Shown here: one piece after another, positions 46,129 to 50,695 of the stretch | Layout: each line of letters begins with the position of its first letter | Position numbering within the stretch: the stretch's first letter is position 1 | NCBI GenBank assembly: GCA_005880605.1 | Contig: VBIS01000081.1 | Coordinates: forward strand, 1-50,695 | Direction of reading: 5' to 3' | From: Chloroflexota bacterium | Lineage (GTDB): Bacteria; Chloroflexota; Dormibacteria; CF-121 | DNA length: 50,695 nucleotides | Program-made: the position numbers and the translations under genes | Notes under the pieces: generated by a model | Told to the model about the DNA's origin: nothing | Database searches by the model: none | The model's input: the letters and a program-made list of their open reading frames with translations, nothing else

Positions 46129-46959
46129 GTGGTGCGGATCGTTACGGATTCCACCGCGGACCTGACCCCGGAGCAACAGCGGGCCGCCGGTATTACGGTT
46201 GTGCCGCTCAACGTCCACTTCGGGGACGAAGTCTTCCGGGACCATGTTGACCTCTCGGCGGACGAGTTTTTCCGTCGGCTCAAAGCATCATCCCAGCTGC
46301 CTCGCACCTCGCAGCCCTCGGTGGGTGCCTTCGAAGAGGCCTATCGGAAGTTGCTTGCCGGCGGCGACGAGATCGTCTCCGTGCACCTCTCCAGCAAGGT
46401 CTCGGGCACCTACAACTCCGCGCTGATGGCGGCGCAGTCGGTGGGCGACGGGAAGATCGATGTCGTCGATTCGCTCAGCACCTCCATGGCCCTCGGCTTC
46501 ATGGCCCTCGAGGGGGCGAAACTGGCCAAGGCGGGCCGCGATCGGCAAGCGGTCGCCGAGTGTCTGCAGGGACTCGTGCCCAAGGCGCGGGTTATTTGCG
46601 TGGTCGACACCCTGACCTACCTCGAGCGAGGCGGCCGCATCGGGAAGGCACGAGCCCTGCTCGGATCGTTGCTCAACGTCAAGCCGATCCTGCAGCTGAA
46701 AGATGGGGAAGTCGTTCCGGTCGGACGCGCGCGTGGCCGGCCGCAGTCACTCAGCCGGCTGGTGGAGCTGCTGCAACGGGACGGCAAGGTGGGCCAACTC
46801 GCCATCATGCACGGCGCCGCTCGGACGGACGCCGAACAACTGCGGGAGCGCGTAGCGTCGAGGTATCCGGGCGTGGACATCCAGCTGACCGAGATCGGAG
46901 CCGTTCTCGGAACGCATACCGGTCCTGGCGTGATCGGCTTTACCTATCTCGTCGCCTGA
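46129..46959 (+). CDS. DegV family fatty-acid-binding protein
   Basis: GTG 46129 gives (M)VRIVTDSTADL, the canonical DegV N-terminus. Also SQPSVGAFEEAY and LSSKVSGTYNSA. The track start is TTG 46099. Confidence 0.85.
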   Translation: MVRIVTDSTADLTPEQQRAAGITVVPLNVHFGDEVFRDHVDLSADEFFRRLKASSQLPRTSQPSVGAFEEAYRKLLAGGDEIVSVHLSSKVSGTYNSALMAAQSVGDGKIDVVDSLSTSMALGFMALEGAKLAKAGRDRQAVAECLQGLVPKARVICVVDTLTYLERGGRIGKARALLGSLLNVKPILQLKDGEVVPVGRARGRPQSLSRLVELLQRDGKVGQLAIMHGAARTDAEQLRERVASRYPGVDIQLTEIGAVLGTHTGPGVIGFTYLVA

Positions 46960-46961
46960 CC

Positions 46962-49031
46962 ATGCCGCGGCTGCAGGTGGTGCGGGACCCGTCCCTCGAT
47001 GATCCGGTCGCGACCCTCCCGGGCGTCAGCGATAAGACGGAGGCCAAATTGGGCCGGCTCGGCATCGCGACCATCCGCGATCTCTTGCTCTTCTTCCCGC
47101 GCCGCTACGAGGATTTTTCCACCATCACGCCGATCGCATTCGTGCGTCCGGGAGTGAAGACGACGGTTCGTGGACGGATCTACGAGATCGGCGCCCACCA
47201 GACCAAGTACAAGCGGATGGCGCTGACGGAGGCCGTCCTGGGCGACGATTCCGGGACGACGTTGCGCGTGGTTTGGTTCAACCAGCCATGGCTGGTCAAA
47301 AGCCTGCAGAAGGGCGACGAGATCTTTGTCGCCGGCGAGGCCGACCTCAACGGCGGACTGGTGATGAAGAACCCGGACCACGAAAAGGTGTCGCTTCGCC
47401 CGACCAACGTGGCACGGCTGGTGCCGGTTTATCGGGAAACCGAGGGCCTGACCTCAAAATGGCTTCGACCCAAGATCCAGGCAGTGCTCCGGCTGGCCGA
47501 CCAGCTCGACGAATTCTTGCCAAGCGAACTTCTTACCCGTCGCGAGTTGATGGGGCGCGCCGAGGCGGTGCGGCAGGTCCACTACCCGGCTTCGGCGGCG
47601 CGACTGGACCGCGCCAAGGAGCGCCTCGCCTTTGAGGAGATGTTCGTCCTCCAGGTCGCCGCCCAGATGGCAAAGCGCGCGCGCCAGGTACGGAGCGCGC
47701 CAGTCGTGCCGTTCGACGAGCCGACCGCGCGTGGCTTCGTCGCCGCGCTGCCCTTCAAGCTCACCAATGCGCAGCGGGTCGCCGCCTGGCAAATCCTGCA
47801 GGATCTCGCGCGCCCGATGCCGATGAACCGGCTACTCGAAGGTGACGTGGGATCAGGCAAGACCGTCGTCGCGGCGATGGCCATGCATCACGCCGCCCAC
47901 GCCGGCTTCCAATCCGTCCTGCTGGCGCCCACCGAGATCCTCGCCCGCCAGCACGCGGACGTCATCCAATCGATCCTCGGCCCGTTTCAGATCGATGTCG
48001 GACTGCTGGTGGGTAGCACCCCGGCCGCGGCGCGACGGCCGATGCTGGCGTCGCTGGCGGAAGGGCAGCTGCCGGTCCTGGTTGGGACGCACGCGTTGAT
48101 CGAGGAAGGCGTGCAGTTCAAAGACCTGGCGCTGAGCGTGGTCGATGAGCAGCATCGCTTCGGGGTCGGCCAGCGGCTCGCCGTCCGGCAGAAAACCGAG
48201 CGCACGCCGCACTTCCTTTCAATGACGGCGACGCCCATCCCGCGCACGCTTGGGCTGACGCTCTTCGGTGACCTCGACATCTCGATCCTCGACGAGATGC
48301 CACCCGGGCGCCGGCCCGTCAAGACCGGCCTGGTTCCACCCGAGAAGCGCGCCGATGCCTACACCTTCATCCGCAAGCAGGTGGAGGCTGGCCGGCAGGT
48401 GTTCGTGATCTGCCCACTGATCCAGGAGTCGGATAAGCTCGGCGTCCGCTCGGCCACCCAGGAGCTCGAGAAACTGCAGCGCGATGTCTTTCCCGAGCTC
48501 GCCTCCCGTATCGCCTTACTCCACGGCCGACTCAAATCTGCCGAGAAGGAGTCCGTGATGGCCGCCTTCAAACGGGGCGACGTTGCCATCCTGGTCTCCA
48601 CCTCGGTGGTGGAAGTCGGCATCGACATTCCCAATGCCACGGTCATGATGATCGAGGGCGCCGACCGATTCGGGTTGGCCCAGCTGCATCAGTTCAGGGG
48701 CCGGGTCGGACGGGGATCCGAGGAATCGTGGTGCCTGCTGTTCACCGACGCCGAGGATCCACAATCCCTCAAACGTCTCCAGGCGGTCGTCACCAACAAA
48801 AGCGGGTTCGACCTGGCGGAGATCGACCTGAACCTACGCGGCTGGGGCGACCTCGCCGGCTACCGGCAGCACGGGAAGGATTTCAAGATGGCGAACCTGC
48901 TGGATGTCGCGTTGATCAGCGACGCCCAGAGCGAGGCCGTCCGCCTCTTGGAGCGCGACCCGACGCTGGCCGGCGAGCTGGGGCTCCGCCTCCAGCTTTC
49001 GGCGTATCGTCAGGTGTTCGCTCTGGATTGA
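46962..49031 (+). CDS. recG: ATP-dependent DNA helicase RecG
   Basis: ATG 46962, 2 nt after the degV stop. Has a wedge domain, Walker A GDVGSGKT, DEQHRFG, and helicase motifs through QLHQFRGRVGRG. Confidence 0.9.
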   Translation: MPRLQVVRDPSLDDPVATLPGVSDKTEAKLGRLGIATIRDLLLFFPRRYEDFSTITPIAFVRPGVKTTVRGRIYEIGAHQTKYKRMALTEAVLGDDSGTTLRVVWFNQPWLVKSLQKGDEIFVAGEADLNGGLVMKNPDHEKVSLRPTNVARLVPVYRETEGLTSKWLRPKIQAVLRLADQLDEFLPSELLTRRELMGRAEAVRQVHYPASAARLDRAKERLAFEEMFVLQVAAQMAKRARQVRSAPVVPFDEPTARGFVAALPFKLTNAQRVAAWQILQDLARPMPMNRLLEGDVGSGKTVVAAMAMHHAAHAGFQSVLLAPTEILARQHADVIQSILGPFQIDVGLLVGSTPAAARRPMLASLAEGQLPVLVGTHALIEEGVQFKDLALSVVDEQHRFGVGQRLAVRQKTERTPHFLSMTATPIPRTLGLTLFGDLDISILDEMPPGRRPVKTGLVPPEKRADAYTFIRKQVEAGRQVFVICPLIQESDKLGVRSATQELEKLQRDVFPELASRIALLHGRLKSAEKESVMAAFKRGDVAILVSTSVVEVGIDIPNATVMMIEGADRFGLAQLHQFRGRVGRGSEESWCLLFTDAEDPQSLKRLQAVVTNKSGFDLAEIDLNLRGWGDLAGYRQHGKDFKMANLLDVALISDAQSEAVRLLERDPTLAGELGLRLQLSAYRQVFALD

Positions 49032-49216
49032 CCTTCGGTGGCGGGGCCGCGGGCGGCAGCGGTCGGAGCCGGCTCATCAGCCAGCCGACGCCCATACCGG
49101 TGGCGATCGGCAAGACGAGCACCAGTATGATGCCTACCAGGGCGTCGACGACGACTATGCTGCAGCTCCTTCCTTGGCGGCGGCCTTCAGACCGATCCGC
49201 CTGTTTTACTCATCGC

Positions 49217-49780
49217 ATGACGGGGCCGGCCACGCGCGTCACCGCTGGGACCAGTCGTGGACGCCTGCTCAAAACGCCGCCGGGCCGAGCCACGCGACCG
49301 ACCACGGCGCTGGTGCGAGAGGCCCTGTTCAACATCATCGGCGACAGCATACGCGGTGCGCGCGTTCTCGATCTCTTCGCCGGCGCCGGGACACTGGGGG
49401 TCGAGGCGTTGTCCCGGGGAGCCACGTCGGCGACATTTGTGGAACGCGACCGAGCCTGTGCTACCATCGTCGCGGAGAATTTGGCCGCAACCGGCTTCGC
49501 CCAGCAGGGCGACGTGGCAAATGCCGACGCCATCGACTGGTTGAGGGCGCACGATAGCGACCTCGGCGCCTACAACCTTCTTCTCCTCGACCCCCCTTAC
49601 CAGGACAGCGCGACGCTAGCCGCTGCCCTGCAGGCGCTCGACCGCGCTCCACTCCGTAACGAGGCGCTGCTGGTGGTGGAGCACCATCGCGGCCAACCGT
49701 TGCCGGCGCTGCAGCGCCTGTCGTTGGTGCGCGATCGCGATTACGGCGCCACCCGCCTTACCTTCTTGAGGTACCAGTGA
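49217..49780 (+). CDS. rsmD: 16S rRNA (guanine966-N2)-methyltransferase RsmD
   Basis: ATG 49217. TRPTTALVREALFNI, VLDLFAGAGTLGVEALSRGA and DPPY. Confidence 0.85.
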   Translation: MTGPATRVTAGTSRGRLLKTPPGRATRPTTALVREALFNIIGDSIRGARVLDLFAGAGTLGVEALSRGATSATFVERDRACATIVAENLAATGFAQQGDVANADAIDWLRAHDSDLGAYNLLLLDPPYQDSATLAAALQALDRAPLRNEALLVVEHHRGQPLPALQRLSLVRDRDYGATRLTFLRYQ

Positions 49781-50271
49781 TCACCGCACTCTACCCGGGC
49801 AGCTTTGACCCACTGACCCACGGCCACCTCGACATCGTGGATCGGGCGGCGCGGATCTTCGATCGCGTGGTGATCGCGGTGCTCGATAACCCGAGCAAGC
49901 AACCCTTGTTCACGACCGGAGAGCGCGTCACCATGATCCGCGAGAGCCTCGGCGAACGCTCGGGCGTTGAGGTCAGCACCTTCAGTGGCCTCACCATCGA
50001 CTTCGCGCGACAGGTCGGTGCGCGCGTGATCGTTCGTGGGCTGCGCGCCGTGTCAGACTTCGAGAGTGAGTTCCAGATGGCGCTGATGAACCGGCGCCTG
50101 GAGCCCGACGTTACCACCGTCTTCATCCCCACCAGCCTGCGCCACCTGTTTCTCAGCTCCAGCCTGATCAAGGAGCTCGCCGAGTTCGGTGGAGACATCT
50201 CGGAATTCGTCCCAGCCAACGTCGTCGGACCGCTCAAACAACGTCTCACCGCGGCAACCCCGCGACCCTGA
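49777..50271 (+). CDS. coaD: pantetheine-phosphate adenylyltransferase
   Basis: GTG start overlapping the rsmD stop (GTGA). YPGSFDPLTHGHLDI and the RGLRAVSDFE..E region. Confidence 0.9.
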   Translation: MITALYPGSFDPLTHGHLDIVDRAARIFDRVVIAVLDNPSKQPLFTTGERVTMIRESLGERSGVEVSTFSGLTIDFARQVGARVIVRGLRAVSDFESEFQMALMNRRLEPDVTTVFIPTSLRHLFLSSSLIKELAEFGGDISEFVPANVVGPLKQRLTAATPRP

Positions 50272-50284
50272 AGGAGCACACCCA

Positions 50285-50695
50285 ATGAACATCCATGAAG
50301 CGATCGATCGCCTCGAGTACCTGATCGGCCACAGTCGCCAGATCCCGCTGACGCGGACGGTCGTCATCGACCAGGAAGAGGCGCTGGCCTGCATCGACGA
50401 TCTTCGGCTGAGCCTGCCCGACGAGATCAAGCAGGCGCGCTGGACCCTCCAGGAGCAGCAGCGCCTGCTCTCCGAGGCGCAGGCGGAGGCGGCCAGGACG
50501 GTGGGCAAAGCGGGGGAGCGGGCCCAGACGATGATCGGCCAGCACGAACTGGTCAAGCGGGCTGAAAAGCAGGCCGACGCCATGCTCAAAGAGGCCGCGC
50601 TCAGGGCCGAGGAGACCCGCCGGGCTTCCGACCGCTATGCCTGGGAGGTCATGCAGAACCTGGAGACGCAGCTGCTGCGGACGGTCGCCACCGTC
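50285..50695 (+). CDS. hypothetical coiled-coil protein, 3'-truncated by the window edge
   Basis: Open frame from ATG 50285 to the window end (MNIHEAIDRLEYLIGHSRQIPLTRTVVIDQEEAL..., then Ala/Glu/Gln-rich helix). It is absent from the ORF track because it has no stop. Confidence 0.5.
   Translation, partial: MNIHEAIDRLEYLIGHSRQIPLTRTVVIDQEEALACIDDLRLSLPDEIKQARWTLQEQQRLLSEAQAEAARTVGKAGERAQTMIGQHELVKRAEKQADAMLKEAALRAEETRRASDRYAWEVMQNLETQLLRTVATV

Noticed and set aside
43361-50271. Whether the rpmB / asp23 / yloV (DAK2) / degV / recG / rsmD / coaD block is a novel cluster.
   Set aside because: This is the well-known conserved housekeeping synteny of Firmicutes-like (Terrabacteria) genomes. The only deviation is an inserted small membrane-protein gene on the opposite strand (45682-46050).

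Overview
This is a high-GC (roughly two-thirds G+C by eye, not computed), densely packed bacterial chromosomal segment. I call about 60 protein genes on both strands, one tRNA-Leu(GAG) and the 3' tail of a 5S rRNA. All calls rest on motif and architecture recognition in the supplied translations and on manual reading of the DNA; no database search was possible. Gene content suggests a high-GC Terrabacteria-type lineage (sortase, L,D-transpeptidase, LLM/F420-type oxidoreductase, LMW-PTP ArsC, an rpmB/asp23/yloV/degV/recG/rsmD/coaD block), but I cannot assign taxonomy. Most of the window is ordinary housekeeping or accessory metabolism: a CAX antiporter, an NSAR/OSBS-GNAT-M20 amino-acid salvage set, TrpB2, pirin, aldehyde dehydrogenase, a GT2 synthase, acyl-CoA ligase, CspA, arsM/arsR/arsC, rlmN, rpe and recG. 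The stand-out is 24580-34534, a six-gene, translationally coupled His-Asp signalling operon. It has three GAF-type histidine kinases, one of them a hybrid with four receiver-like domains of which only one looks phosphorylatable. It also has a stand-alone receiver, a 111-aa coiled-coil protein, and an 815-aa protein made of about 470 aa of coiled coil, a kinase-less H-box/DHp and two receivers. No output domain is encoded. The operon abuts an orphan OmpR-type regulator / unknown / GDT1-transporter operon. Secondary observations: (1) two tandem paralogous micro-ORFs (46 and 49 aa, below the ORF-track cutoff) sit in a low-GC patch next to an orphan Flp pilin and the tRNA; (2) rlmN and several other genes show homology upstream of any ATG/GTG/TTG; (3) there is a frameshifted NHL-repeat relic; (4) there is an SD-sequestering leader before a lytic-transglycosylase gene; (5) four convergent gene pairs share a CTAG/CTAA stop. 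No CRISPR array, transposase, integrase or prophage genes were seen.
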